Of a stretch of 64,000 nt of DNA, positions 47,259 to 56,319 are shown one piece after another. Origin of the DNA: an uncultured Acidobacteriota bacterium. Lineage in GTDB: Bacteria; Acidobacteriota; Polarisedimenticolia; J045. Below the pieces are notes generated by a model that worked only from the letters and a program-made list of their open reading frames with translations, did not search any database and was not told where the DNA came from. Positions within the stretch are counted from its first letter, which is position 1. Every line of letters starts with the position of its first letter. The position numbers and the translations under genes were made by a program. The stretch is from the NCBI GenBank assembly GCA_963702425.1, contig CAVPCQ010000037.1, forward strand, positions 160,001-224,000, given 5' to 3'.

Positions 47259-47379
47259 GGGCGGGCCGGCACGGAGGCCGGCCCCTACGGGCGCCGTTGG
47301 GCGGGCCGGCACGGAGGCCGGCCCCTGCGGGCGCCGTCGGGCGGGCCGGCACGGAGGCCGGCCCCTACGGGCGCCGTCG
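47259..47379 (-). repeat. Tandem array of three GTAG-family REP units (40-bp period)
   Basis: Units at 47261, 47301 and 47341. The minus strand reads GTAG-GGGCCGGC-CTCCGT-GCCGGCCC (one copy GCAG). No variable spacers. Confidence 0.85.
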
Positions 47380-47391
47380 CGCGCGTGCTCC

Positions 47392-47446
47392 TTGACGGGC
47401 CCGGCGCCCCGTCTTAAGCTTCCACGTGAAATCGTTCCAATCGAAA
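47392..47446 (+). promoter_or_regulatory. Sigma70 promoter and tandem operator upstream of pirin
   Basis: TTGACG-17 nt-TAAGCT, followed by TTCCACGTGAAA and TTCCAATCGAAA at a 15-nt period. Confidence 0.65.
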
Positions 47447-47484
47447 GTATCTGCCGCCCGGTCGCGGGCGGCCCGGAGGACTCG

Positions 47485-48183
47485 ATGATCACGCTTCGCA
47501 GGGCGAGAGACCGCGGCCACGCCGACCACGGCTGGCTCGACACCTGGCACACCTTCTCCTTCGCCGACTACTACGACACCGAACAGATGGGCTTCCAGGC
47601 GCTGCGCGTCATCAACGACGACGTCGTCGCGCCGGGGCGCGGGTTCGGGACGCACCCGCACCGCGACATGGAGATCGTCACCTACGTGCTCGACGGGGCA
47701 CTCGCGCACGAGGACAGCATGGGGAACAGCTCGACCATCGTGCCGGGCGAGGTCCAGCGCATGAGCGCCGGGACCGGCGTGCTGCACAGCGAGTTCAACC
47801 ACTCGAAGACCGACCCGGTGCACCTGCTGCAGATCTGGATCCTGCCCGACCGGGCCGGGCTGACGCCGTCGTACGAGCAGACCTTCTTCCCCGAGGACGA
47901 CAAGCGCGGCCGGCTGCGGCTGGTGGCCTCGCCGGACGGCGCGGACGGCTCGGTGACGATCCACCAGGACGCGCGGCTCTACGCGACTTTGCTCGCGCCG
48001 GGCGAGGAGGTGAGCCACGCGCTGGCTCCCGGCCGGCACGCCTGGGTCCACGTCGCGCGCGGCAAGGCCAGCTTGAACGGGCAGCCGCTCGAGGCCGGCG
48101 ACGGCGCCGCGATCAGCGGCGAGGAGCGCGTCGCGCTGCGCGGCGACGGTCACGCCGAGGTGCTGCTCTTCGACCTCGCGTAG
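47485..48183 (+). CDS. Pirin family protein (YhhW-like)
   Basis: [43 protein letters not shown]. Confidence 0.95.
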   Translation: MITLRRARDRGHADHGWLDTWHTFSFADYYDTEQMGFQALRVINDDVVAPGRGFGTHPHRDMEIVTYVLDGALAHEDSMGNSSTIVPGEVQRMSAGTGVLHSEFNHSKTDPVHLLQIWILPDRAGLTPSYEQTFFPEDDKRGRLRLVASPDGADGSVTIHQDARLYATLLAPGEEVSHALAPGRHAWVHVARGKASLNGQPLEAGDGAAISGEERVALRGDGHAEVLLFDLA

Positions 48184-48313
48184 GGCCGGGGGTGGACGGT
48201 CGACTGCGCCCCCGAAGCGGTCGAAGGGGCGGGGTGGGCGGTCTTACCGATCGCCCCGCTTCGGTAATAGACTCCTCAGCCTTCCCGGGGGTACGGGAAG
48301 GGAGGAGACCGAC

Positions 48314-48913
48314 ATGAAACTCAAGCCGCTCGCGGGCGCCCTGGCGCTCGCCCTCGTCCTGCTCGCTCCACCGGCCCTTGCCGGCGACGAGAAGACCGCC
48401 CAGCCGACCCACGACCAGATGATGGACGCGATGGCGAAGGCCGCGACGCCCGGCCCGGGCCACCAGGTGCTCGAGCAGATGGTCGGGACTTGGAACGCGA
48501 CCACGACCATGTACGGCGAGCCGGGCCAGCCGCCGATGGTCTCGCAGGGGAAGATGGTCATCGACATGGTGCTCGGCGGCCGCTACGCCCGGATGCAGTA
48601 CCAGAGCGAATTCAACGGGATGAAGATGGAAGGGCTCGGCTTCACCGGCTACGACAACGTCGAGAAGAAGTACGTCTCGGACTGGATGGACACGATGGGG
48701 ACCGGGATCATGCGCGACACCGGGACCTACGACCCGGCCACGCGCACGATCACCTCGGCCGGCGCGATGACCGACCCGATGGGCGCCGCGTGGACCACCC
48801 GCTCGACGACGCAGCTCGTCGGGGCCGACAAGATGATCCTCGAGATGTACGGCCGGAACGCGGGCGCGCCGGAGATCAAGCTGATGCAGATCGTCTACAC
48901 CCGCGCCAAGTAG
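48314..48913 (+). CDS. Secreted DUF1579-like protein
   Basis: GGAGG SD, signal peptide, ATPGPGH-x2-L-x3-VG-x-W, GYDNVEKKYVSDWMDTMGT. Confidence 0.8.
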   Translation: MKLKPLAGALALALVLLAPPALAGDEKTAQPTHDQMMDAMAKAATPGPGHQVLEQMVGTWNATTTMYGEPGQPPMVSQGKMVIDMVLGGRYARMQYQSEFNGMKMEGLGFTGYDNVEKKYVSDWMDTMGTGIMRDTGTYDPATRTITSAGAMTDPMGAAWTTRSTTQLVGADKMILEMYGRNAGAPEIKLMQIVYTRAK

Positions 48914-49026
48914 CCGCGTCGGCCCCGCGGCCACCCCCCGCGCCCCGCCGCCCGCCCGGGCCCGGGGCGCGGCGCTTTTCCGGGTGCTAGATTGATCGCC
49001 ATCGCCCCGCGAGGAGCCCCGACGCC

Positions 49027-50298
49027 ATGCCGAGAAGCAAGGTCGCGATCCTGAAGACGACGCCGCGGACGGTCCTGTCGGACTACCACGAACTGATGAA
49101 CCTGGCCGGCTACCAGGACGTCGTCGCGAAGGACGCCGACACCGCGCTGAAGGTCAACATCTCCTGGCACTTCTTCTTCCCGGCCAGCTCGACCACGCCC
49201 TGGCAGCTGGAAGGGGTGATCCGCGCGCTGAAGGCCGACGGCTACGACCCGTCGCTGATCCACGCCTGCCACAACCGGACGGTCGTGATCGACGCCCGGC
49301 TGGGCGAGCGCGAGAACAAGCAGGTCAACGTCGTGGAGGCCCACGGCCTGCGCAATCTCCATCTCTACGACCCCGGCAACGAGTGGATCCCGGTCGGCGA
49401 GGCGGTCGGCGACCTGACGAAGAAGTTCCTCTGCCTCAACCAGGTCTATCCCGACGGCTTCATGATCCCGAAGCGCTTCATCGGCGAGAACATCATCCAC
49501 CTGCCGACGATCAAGACCCACGTCTTCACCCAGACCACCGGGGCGATGAAGAACGCCTTCGGCGGCCTGCTCAACGAGCGGCGCCACTGGACCCACCCGG
49601 TGATCCACGAGACGCTGGTCGACCTCCTGATGATCCAGAAGAAGATCCACCGCGGGGTCTTCGCCGTGATGGACGGGACCTTCGCCGGCGACGGGCCGGG
49701 GCCGCGCTGCATGCTGCCGCACGTCAAGAACGTGATCCTGGCCAGCGCCGACCAGGTGGCGATCGACGCCGTGGCGGCCAAGCTGATGGGCTTCGACCCG
49801 CTGTCGATCAAGTTCATCCGGCTGGCCCACGACGCCGGGCTGGGCTGCGGCGACCCGCGCGAGATCGAGCTGGTCGGCGACCAGGACGCGGCGCGCGAGA
49901 ACTGGCACTTCGACGGCCCCTACAAGAAGATGACCTTCGCCTCGCGGATGCAGCACCAGATCTACTGGGGCCCGCTCAAGGGGCCGATCGAGTGGTCGCT
50001 GAAGACGGTGCTCGCGCCGTGGGCCTACGTCGCCAGCGTCGTCTACCACGACAGCCTCTGGTACCCGCTCAAGGCGAAGAGCGCGATGCGCGAGGCGCTC
50101 TCGTCGGACTGGGGCAAGCTGTTCCAGAACTGGGAGACGCTCATCCCGGACGCGCAGGGCTTCCCGCAGGTCGGCGAGGCCCCGGCCGAGCTGAAGACGA
50201 CCGGGATGGCCGCCTTCACGCGCTCGCTCGGGATCCTCGGGACCTGCGTGCGCGAGGCGCCCGAGTTCGCGGCGCGGAAGCGGCGGGCGGCGCGCTAG
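49027..50298 (+). CDS. DUF362-domain protein
   Basis: LKVNISWH, HLPTIKTH, TGAMKNAFG, DGTFAGDGPGP, ASADQVAIDA. Confidence 0.85.
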   Translation: MPRSKVAILKTTPRTVLSDYHELMNLAGYQDVVAKDADTALKVNISWHFFFPASSTTPWQLEGVIRALKADGYDPSLIHACHNRTVVIDARLGERENKQVNVVEAHGLRNLHLYDPGNEWIPVGEAVGDLTKKFLCLNQVYPDGFMIPKRFIGENIIHLPTIKTHVFTQTTGAMKNAFGGLLNERRHWTHPVIHETLVDLLMIQKKIHRGVFAVMDGTFAGDGPGPRCMLPHVKNVILASADQVAIDAVAAKLMGFDPLSIKFIRLAHDAGLGCGDPREIELVGDQDAARENWHFDGPYKKMTFASRMQHQIYWGPLKGPIEWSLKTVLAPWAYVASVVYHDSLWYPLKAKSAMREALSSDWGKLFQNWETLIPDAQGFPQVGEAPAELKTTGMAAFTRSLGILGTCVREAPEFAARKRRAAR

Positions 50299-50374
50299 CG
50301 GTCTCCCGCAAGGCGATCCGAGCGCGCGGCAGGCGGAGCCGGCGCACTCGGCGGGCCGGGGGCGTGCTGTCGGT

Positions 50375-50953
50375 CTACCCCTCGGCCTCCGCCAGCGCCT
50401 TGTCGAGCAGCGCCGCCAGCCCGGCCCGTCGGGCGCGGCTCTCCAGGTAGCCCCGGTCCAGCCGGCCGGCCTGCACGCGGAGCACGCCGAGCACGTCGCG
50501 CCACTGCCGGTCGGACACGCCCTCTCCCTGCCGGAACCACGACAGCTTCTGAAGGACCACATCTTCGGGCGAGGCGACCCAGAGCGTGCGACGCGGCTCG
50601 GCGGAGACCACCACCTGCTGGCGACGCTCCAGTTCCTCTTGATCGAGTTCACTGGTCGTCGCCAGGAATATGTCCGCCTTGAACAGCTCGGGCAGGAAGA
50701 TGACGTTGAAGTGGCGCCGCTGGCGCACCGCCTCCCGGATCACGTCGGCGTCCGCGTAGAAGTCGGTTCCCAGCGCGGTCACGAACTCCGCGACGAGCGG
50801 CTCGTGGAGCGCAGCGACGAAATCGACGTCCATCGTGGCGCGGGTCTCCCCGTGCAGCGAGCTTGCGAGCGAACCACCCACCGCGTAGGCCACGTCAAGC
50901 GCCTCGAAGACGGCCGCCACGCGCAGCGCGACCGCGAGCGGATCGGCGACCAT
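50375..50953 (-). CDS. Nucleotidyltransferase-fold protein (putative toxin)
   Basis: YAVGGSLASSLHG-x2-RATMDVDFV (GGS...DxD), SPEDVVLQKL, RQWRD. Confidence 0.75.
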   Translation of the reverse strand: MVADPLAVALRVAAVFEALDVAYAVGGSLASSLHGETRATMDVDFVAALHEPLVAEFVTALGTDFYADADVIREAVRQRRHFNVIFLPELFKADIFLATTSELDQEELERRQQVVVSAEPRRTLWVASPEDVVLQKLSWFRQGEGVSDRQWRDVLGVLRVQAGRLDRGYLESRARRAGLAALLDKALAEAEG

Positions 50954-51213
50954 CAGTACCCCTCGACGGCGGGGTCCCATGCGAAGAGTCGGACCATCAA
51001 TTCGCGCGGCAGGCGCAGGGCGGCGAGCCGCAGGCGAAGCTCCTTGTCGGTGGCGCCGGGATGGCGCGTGCGGATTCCGGCGAGGCTTAGTTCCTGCGCG
51101 GTGCGCGTCATCGCGGAAACAAGAGCGAGCTTCTCCGCCGGCGTCATCGCGCGCCAGCCCGCGACGAGAATGGCCTCGGCTTCGGGGGAGGTGTCCTGGA
51201 GGGGCGATGTCAC
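50953..51213 (-). CDS. Small helical protein coupled to the nucleotidyltransferase (putative antitoxin)
   Basis: DTSPEAE...MTPAEKL...GIRTRHP, 86 aa. TGATG overlap with the downstream gene. Confidence 0.75.
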   Translation of the reverse strand: MTSPLQDTSPEAEAILVAGWRAMTPAEKLALVSAMTRTAQELSLAGIRTRHPGATDKELRLRLAALRLPRELMVRLFAWDPAVEGY

Positions 51214-51321
51214 GCGCGGATTATGCCCGAAAGGCGCGACTGCTGGTCCTGCGCCGCGAGACGATCCCGCCGGACGGTCTCGCCGCCGGGAGCCGAATCG
51301 AGCCGCGGCGGCCGCGCGGCG

Positions 51322-52098
51322 TCAGGGCCGGGCCGCTGCGGACAGCTCGAAGAGCGAATCGGGCAGCGGCGGATTGACTTCGATCGTCTCGACCACGATG
51401 CGCAGGCCCCCGGGACGCTCGGACGCCGTGGTCTCGATCCGGTGAGGGAACGGGATCCCCTTCGTCTTCCTGTAGTCCCCGAATGCGGTCCGGATCCGGA
51501 CCGGCCAGCCCTTGATCGTGCGCGTCGAGTCCGTGCAGATCATCAGGAACGTCTTCGCGTCGAGATACAGGTCCTGCTCGGCCCCGCTCTTGAGCGTCAG
51601 CTTCAGCCGGTAGGCGTCGCGGCCGCCGAGCGCCTCCCGGCCGACGAGTTCCAACCGGCTGCCCTTGGCTTTCCAGTCGACCAGCGGTCCCTCGATGTCG
51701 GCCTGCTCCATCGCTTCCAGCACGACGTCGTCGGGAAGGGCCTGCGGGGCCATCTCGCCCTCGAGCGGGTTGACCCGCCAGCCGCGCTCACCGTCGCAGA
51801 TCGCCACCGCGGTCACGCCCTGGACGGTGAACTCGAAGCGGATCTTGCCCGGGCGCTTGATCTCGCGGACCACGAGCGCGCGCCGATCGGCCCCGGCGGT
51901 GGCGGTGCCGGTTTGCCGCAGCGTCTGGAGCGCGTGGAGCCGCTTCAGGCCACCGCGCGCCTTCACGTGGCCGGCCACGATCTCGTCCAGCGTCGGCGTG
52001 GGTGCCGGCGTCGAGGCTGCAGCCAGCGAGACGGCGAGCAGCGCCATCGCGGCCAGGGACAGGAGTCGTCCGGCGAACATCCCGCTGCGGCCGTTCAT
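51322..52098 (-). CDS. LolA-like outer-membrane lipoprotein-sorting family protein
   Basis: Signal peptide, DEIVA-x-HVKARGG, KRPGKIRFE, YLDAKTFL, DYR-x3-GI-x-FPH, VNPPLPDSLF. Confidence 0.75.
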   Translation of the reverse strand: MNGRSGMFAGRLLSLAAMALLAVSLAAASTPAPTPTLDEIVAGHVKARGGLKRLHALQTLRQTGTATAGADRRALVVREIKRPGKIRFEFTVQGVTAVAICDGERGWRVNPLEGEMAPQALPDDVVLEAMEQADIEGPLVDWKAKGSRLELVGREALGGRDAYRLKLTLKSGAEQDLYLDAKTFLMICTDSTRTIKGWPVRIRTAFGDYRKTKGIPFPHRIETTASERPGGLRIVVETIEVNPPLPDSLFELSAAARP

Positions 52099-52837
52099 CG
52101 CCGCCCCCCCGCTGGCGCGCGTGCCGGCAGCGTCGCCGGCCGGTTCGGTGAGTTCGGCCGATTGGGCCGGTTCGGCGTCGAGGGCCAGTAGGTCACGCCG
52201 TAGCCATATCCTCCCCAGAGGAGCGGATCGTTGTACTGGGTCCACTGATCGTCCTCGGCCTGCTCTGCCGCTTGCTCGGCCTGCTGCTGCGCCTGGAGCG
52301 CCGCCACATCGGCGTCGATCGCGCGCCGCTCGGCGTCCCGGGACGCCTGGTAGTTCGCTTCCAGCGCCTGGGCTTCGTTGCGCGTCATCCATTCGCCCTC
52401 GTACTTGACGTAACCGCGGGCCTGGTAGCTTTCTTCCTCCGTCACCCACCGGCCATCGAGCAGGACGTAGCCGAGGGCGATCCGCGCCTCCTCGTCGTTC
52501 GGCGCGATCGTGAGCACGGTCTCGTACGCTTCGCGAGCCTGCGCCGACATGCCCTGTCGGGAGGCCCAGCGCCCGAGATCCCGCCAGCCGGTCGGCGTCC
52601 TGCGGTCCCGAGCCTGGCGGCGCGCTCGTCGTAGTCGTCGAGCGGCGAGCGCTTCTTCTCGATCCGCTCGACGCGCGCCATCGGGACCCCCACCGTCCCG
52701 CCCCCGACGTCGACGGTGATCGTCGTCTCGGTCTGCTCGACGATCCGGCCGGAGATCGTGCCGGCACCCTTGAGGTAGACCTCGTCCGCGAGGAGCAGCG
52801 AGGGCACGAAGAGCAGGAGGAACGGGATCTTGCGCAA
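52095..52837 (-). CDS. Hypothetical secreted protein with TPR-like segment, frameshift near 52600
   Basis: Signal peptide, DEVYLKG-x-G-x-ISG, then AREAYETVL-x2-APNDEEAR-x-ALGY-x4-GRWVT. Confidence 0.65.
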
Positions 52838-52910
52838 GCAGGACCCCCTCGATGCGTCGGAGTCTGGGCCTCGGATCCGGGCGCTGTCAATCCCGGAGGT
52901 CCGCGCCCCT

Positions 52911-53681
52911 TCAGAGGTGCCGCCGCACCCACGCCGCGATCACGTCGGCCACGAAGATCGCGTCGCGCTCGTCGCTGAACAGCAGGTGGTCGGCGCCGGG
53001 GAGCGTGACGAAGCTCTTCGGCTGCGCCGCCTGCTCGAAGATCGCGAGCGCTTCCTCCAGCTCCAGCGACTCGTCGGACGGCGAGTGGAAGACCATCAGC
53101 GCGCGGCCGAGCCGGGCGATCGCCTCGTGCATCCGGTGCTCGCCGAGGTCGTCGAGCAACTGGCGGCGCAGCAGGAAGCCGCGGCCGCCGAGCGTGATCG
53201 TCCCCTCGCCCCCCTCCGCCAGCGCCGGCACGCGGCGCTCGAGCGTCTCGCGGAAGCGCTCGGTCGAGGACGGCGCGGCGATCGTCACCACCAGCCGCGA
53301 CTCCGGCACGTCGCGCGCCGCCGCCAGCGACGCGGTCCCGCCGAGGCTGTGCCCGACCAGGATCTCGGGCGCGCGGTGGTGCGCGCGCAGCCAGCCGGCA
53401 GCGGCGACGAGGTCGTCGAGGTTGGTCGAGAAGGTCGTCTCCTCGAACGCGCCGCCGCTCTCGCCGATCCCGGTGAAGTCGAAGCGCAGCACCGCAATGC
53501 CGCGCTCGGCCAGCGCCCGGGCCAGCCGCACCAGCGACTTGAGGTCCTTGCCGCAGGTGAAGCAGTGGGCCAGCAGGGCCCAGGCGAGCGGCTTCGGGAA
53601 CCACGCCGGGTCGGGCCGCTCGAGCTGCCCGGCGAGCGGGTGGCCGAGGGCCCCCGGGATCTGCACGCGCTCGGTCGGCAT
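52911..53681 (-). CDS. Alpha/beta hydrolase (homologous to the N-domain of OsmC fusions)
   Basis: AHCFTCGKD, RFDFTG-x-GESGG, GHSLGG, FHSP-x-D, ADHLL. Confidence 0.9.
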   Translation of the reverse strand: MPTERVQIPGALGHPLAGQLERPDPAWFPKPLAWALLAHCFTCGKDLKSLVRLARALAERGIAVLRFDFTGIGESGGAFEETTFSTNLDDLVAAAGWLRAHHRAPEILVGHSLGGTASLAAARDVPESRLVVTIAAPSSTERFRETLERRVPALAEGGEGTITLGGRGFLLRRQLLDDLGEHRMHEAIARLGRALMVFHSPSDESLELEEALAIFEQAAQPKSFVTLPGADHLLFSDERDAIFVADVIAAWVRRHL

Positions 53682-53747
53682 GGCCCGGGGGATAGCCCAC
53701 GCGCGGGCCGGGGTCAAGCGGGGGAGGGGCGCGGTAGACTCTCGCCC

Positions 53748-54725
53748 ATGCCCGCCAACCTGTCTCCCGACTACAGGAACGCGGAAGCGCGCCTGCGCGC
53801 GGCGAAGACGCCCGACGAGCGGCGCGCCGCGCTGGAGGAGATGCTCGCCACCATCCCCAAGCACAAGGGGACGGAGAAGATGCAGGCCGACCTCAAGCGC
53901 CGGCTGGCGCGCCTGAGGCAGGAGGTCGAGTCCAAGACCGCGCGCGCCGGGCACTCCTTCCGGATCGAGCCCGAGGGGGCGGCCCAGCTGGTCCTGCTCG
54001 GCCCCCCCAACAGCGGCAAGTCGTCGCTGCTCGCCGCGCTCACGCGGGCCGAGCCGCAGGTCGGCGAGTGGCCCTTCACGACGACGCGTCCGCAGCCGGG
54101 GATGATGCCGTTCGAGGACGTCCAGCTGCAGCTGATCGACCTGCCGCCGGTCACCGACGAGCACATGGACCCCTGGCTGCCCGACCTCGTGCGCGGGGCC
54201 GATGCGGCGCTGCTGGTCGCCGCCGCGTCGTCGCTGGCCGCGCCGGAGGACGTCGAGGAGGTCCGCCAGCGGCTGGCCAAGGTGCGAACCCCGCTGGTCG
54301 GCGCGCTGCACCACGCGAGCGACATCCGGGAGTCGCCGATCCCGACGATGCTGGTGGTCACCAAGATCGACGCCGCGTCGGCCGACGACGTCCTCGCGCT
54401 GGAGGACTTCTACCGCGAAACCTACCCGGTGGCGCGCGTCGCGGCGACGGCGGGTCAGGGGCTGGAGGAGCTGAAGGCCGCGCTCTGGCACTGGCTGCAG
54501 CTGGTGCGCGTCTACACCAAGGTGCCCGGCAAGCCGTTCGACCGGACCGCACCCTACGTCGTCCACCGCGGGGCGACGCTGCTCGAGCTGGCCGAGAAGA
54601 TCCACCGCGACCTGGCCGAGAAGCTGGACTTCGCGCGGGTCTGGGGCGGGTCGCGGCAGGGGCTGCGCGTGGCGCGCGACTACGAGCTGCACGACGGCGA
54701 CGTGGTCGAGGTTCACGCCGGATGA
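53748..54725 (+). CDS. DRG/Rbg-like Obg-family GTPase with TGS domain
   Basis: MPANL...PKHKGTEK N-terminal helix, GPPNSGKS, WPFTT, DLPP, TKID, RVYTK-x-PGK, C-terminal L-x-DGDVVEVH. Confidence 0.88.
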   Translation: MPANLSPDYRNAEARLRAAKTPDERRAALEEMLATIPKHKGTEKMQADLKRRLARLRQEVESKTARAGHSFRIEPEGAAQLVLLGPPNSGKSSLLAALTRAEPQVGEWPFTTTRPQPGMMPFEDVQLQLIDLPPVTDEHMDPWLPDLVRGADAALLVAAASSLAAPEDVEEVRQRLAKVRTPLVGALHHASDIRESPIPTMLVVTKIDAASADDVLALEDFYRETYPVARVAATAGQGLEELKAALWHWLQLVRVYTKVPGKPFDRTAPYVVHRGATLLELAEKIHRDLAEKLDFARVWGGSRQGLRVARDYELHDGDVVEVHAG

Positions 54726-55330
54726 GCGGGCCGGGATTCTGGGACGAGCGGTACGCCGCGCACCCCGATGCCTACGGCCGCGACCCGAGCGCGTTCCTGG
54801 TGCGCGAGGCGCGGCGCATCCCGGCGGGCGGCCGGGTCGTCGCGCTGGCCGAGGGATACGGCCGCAACGCGCTCTGGCTGGCGCGGCGCGGGCACCCGGT
54901 GGTGGCGGTCGATGCGTCGGCGGTCGCGGTGCGACTGCTGCGCGCCGCGGCCGCGGCCGAAGGGCTGCCGGTCGAGGCGGTCCAGGCCGACCTCGCCACC
55001 TGGGCCCCCCCGCCGTGCGATGCGGTCGTCGCGATCTTTGCCCACCTCCCGCCGGCCCTGCGGGCGCGCGTTCACGGGGCGGCCTGGGAGGCGCTGCGGC
55101 CGGGGGGAGTGGTCCTGATCGAGGCCTTCACGCCGGCGCAGCTCGCGCGGGACAGCGGCGGGCCGAAGGACCCGGCCCTGCTCTATTCGGCGGGGCTCCT
55201 GGCCGGCGATTTTCCGGGGGCGGTGTTCGAGGTGTCGCGGGAGGAGACGGTGGAGCTGGACGAGGGGCTGTTCCACCGGGGAGAGGCCGAGGTCGTGCGG
55301 ATCGTCGCGCGCAAGCCGCCGCGGGAGTAG
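54722..55330 (+). CDS. Class I SAM-dependent methyltransferase (TehB-like)
   Basis: FWDERY, LAEGYGRNA-x-WLA, AVDAS, LRPGG, SGGP. Confidence 0.88.
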   Translation: MSGPGFWDERYAAHPDAYGRDPSAFLVREARRIPAGGRVVALAEGYGRNALWLARRGHPVVAVDASAVAVRLLRAAAAAEGLPVEAVQADLATWAPPPCDAVVAIFAHLPPALRARVHGAAWEALRPGGVVLIEAFTPAQLARDSGGPKDPALLYSAGLLAGDFPGAVFEVSREETVELDEGLFHRGEAEVVRIVARKPPRE

Positions 55331-55377
55331 CCGCGCCGGGCGGACGAGGGAGTCGTCCCGCGGGGCGGGGCGGAGGG

Positions 55378-55536
55378 TCAGTTCAGGCCGACGTGCCCAT
55401 CGTGGCGCTCGACCTCGCGCCAGACGTAGTCGCGGAGCGCTTCCTCGGTGACCTCGGCGGGCGTCCGGCCGCTCTGCGCGGCGAACTCGCTCACGGCGCG
55501 CATCAGGGCATCGTCCAGACTCAGTGTGGTTTTCAT
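55378..55536 (-). CDS. 52-aa ribbon-helix-helix (CopG/VapB-like) protein (not in ORF track)
   Basis: MKTTLSLDDALMRAVSEFAAQSGRTPAEVTEEALRDYV... Preceded by TATGCT-6 nt-ATG. Confidence 0.75.
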   Translation of the reverse strand: MKTTLSLDDALMRAVSEFAAQSGRTPAEVTEEALRDYVWREVERHDGHVGLN

Positions 55537-55578
55537 GGACCCAGCATACGCCCCCCCCCTGTAACCCGGACAAAGATC

Positions 55579-55607
55579 TTGCTTGCAGGACGAATGTCCG
55601 GTATGCT
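55579..55607 (+). promoter_or_regulatory. lexA promoter with candidate palindromic operator
   Basis: TTGCTT-17 nt-TATGCT. The spacer contains GGAC-GAAT-GTCC (55588-55599). Confidence 0.6.
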
Positions 55608-55629
55608 TCCGGCATCGAAAGGAGGGTGC

Positions 55630-56259
55630 ATGGCTTACACCCCGCCGGGCGAGACGCGGCGCCGGATCTACCGCTTCATGAAGGAACGGCTGCTGGCCGG
55701 GCAGCCGCCGACGATCCGCGAGGTCCAGGAGGCCTTCGGCTTCCGGTCGGTGGAATCGGCCCGGGCGCAGCTCGACACGCTGGTCGGCGAAGGGCTGCTG
55801 GCCAAGGCGGAGGGGAAGGCCCGCGGCTACCGGCTGCCGGGCCGCGAGCGGCCGCCGGCGCTGGTGCCGCTGCTGGGCCGGGTCCAGGCCGGCCGCCTCA
55901 CCGAGGCGATGCAGGAGCCGGAGGGCTACCTCTCCATCGACACGCGGACCAAGGCGGAGGACCTGTTCGCGCTGCGCGTGCGCGGCGAGAGCATGACCGG
56001 CGCCGGGATCATGCCGGGCGACGTCGTCGTCGTGCGGCGGCAGCCGGAGGCGGAGCCGGGCGACATCGTGGTCGCGCTGATCGGGGACGAGGCGACGGTG
56101 AAGACGCTGCGGCGCAAGGCGGGGCGCTGGGTCCTGCTGCCGGAGAACCCCGACTTTCCGCCGATCATCCCGCCGCCGCAGACGCTGGTGATCCTGGGGA
56201 AGGTGATCGAGGTGCGGCGCTACCTCGAAAAGCTGGCGCTGATCGAGGCGAACTCGTAG
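55630..56259 (+). CDS. lexA: SOS repressor LexA
   Basis: wHTH with PPTIRE, cleavage site VQAG, catalytic Ser (GESM) and Lys (ATVK). GGAGG SD. Confidence 0.95.
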   Translation: MAYTPPGETRRRIYRFMKERLLAGQPPTIREVQEAFGFRSVESARAQLDTLVGEGLLAKAEGKARGYRLPGRERPPALVPLLGRVQAGRLTEAMQEPEGYLSIDTRTKAEDLFALRVRGESMTGAGIMPGDVVVVRRQPEAEPGDIVVALIGDEATVKTLRRKAGRWVLLPENPDFPPIIPPPQTLVILGKVIEVRRYLEKLALIEANS

Positions 56260-56319
56260 GGCCGGACGGTCTGTAAGACAACCGGACGCACGACGCGGGA
56301 GGCCGCGCAGGAGGGCCGC

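Noticed and set aside
47259-47379. Possible mini CRISPR array
   Set aside because: Units are contiguous 40-bp repeats with no unique spacers, no cas genes are present, and the GTAG-hairpin form indicates REPs.
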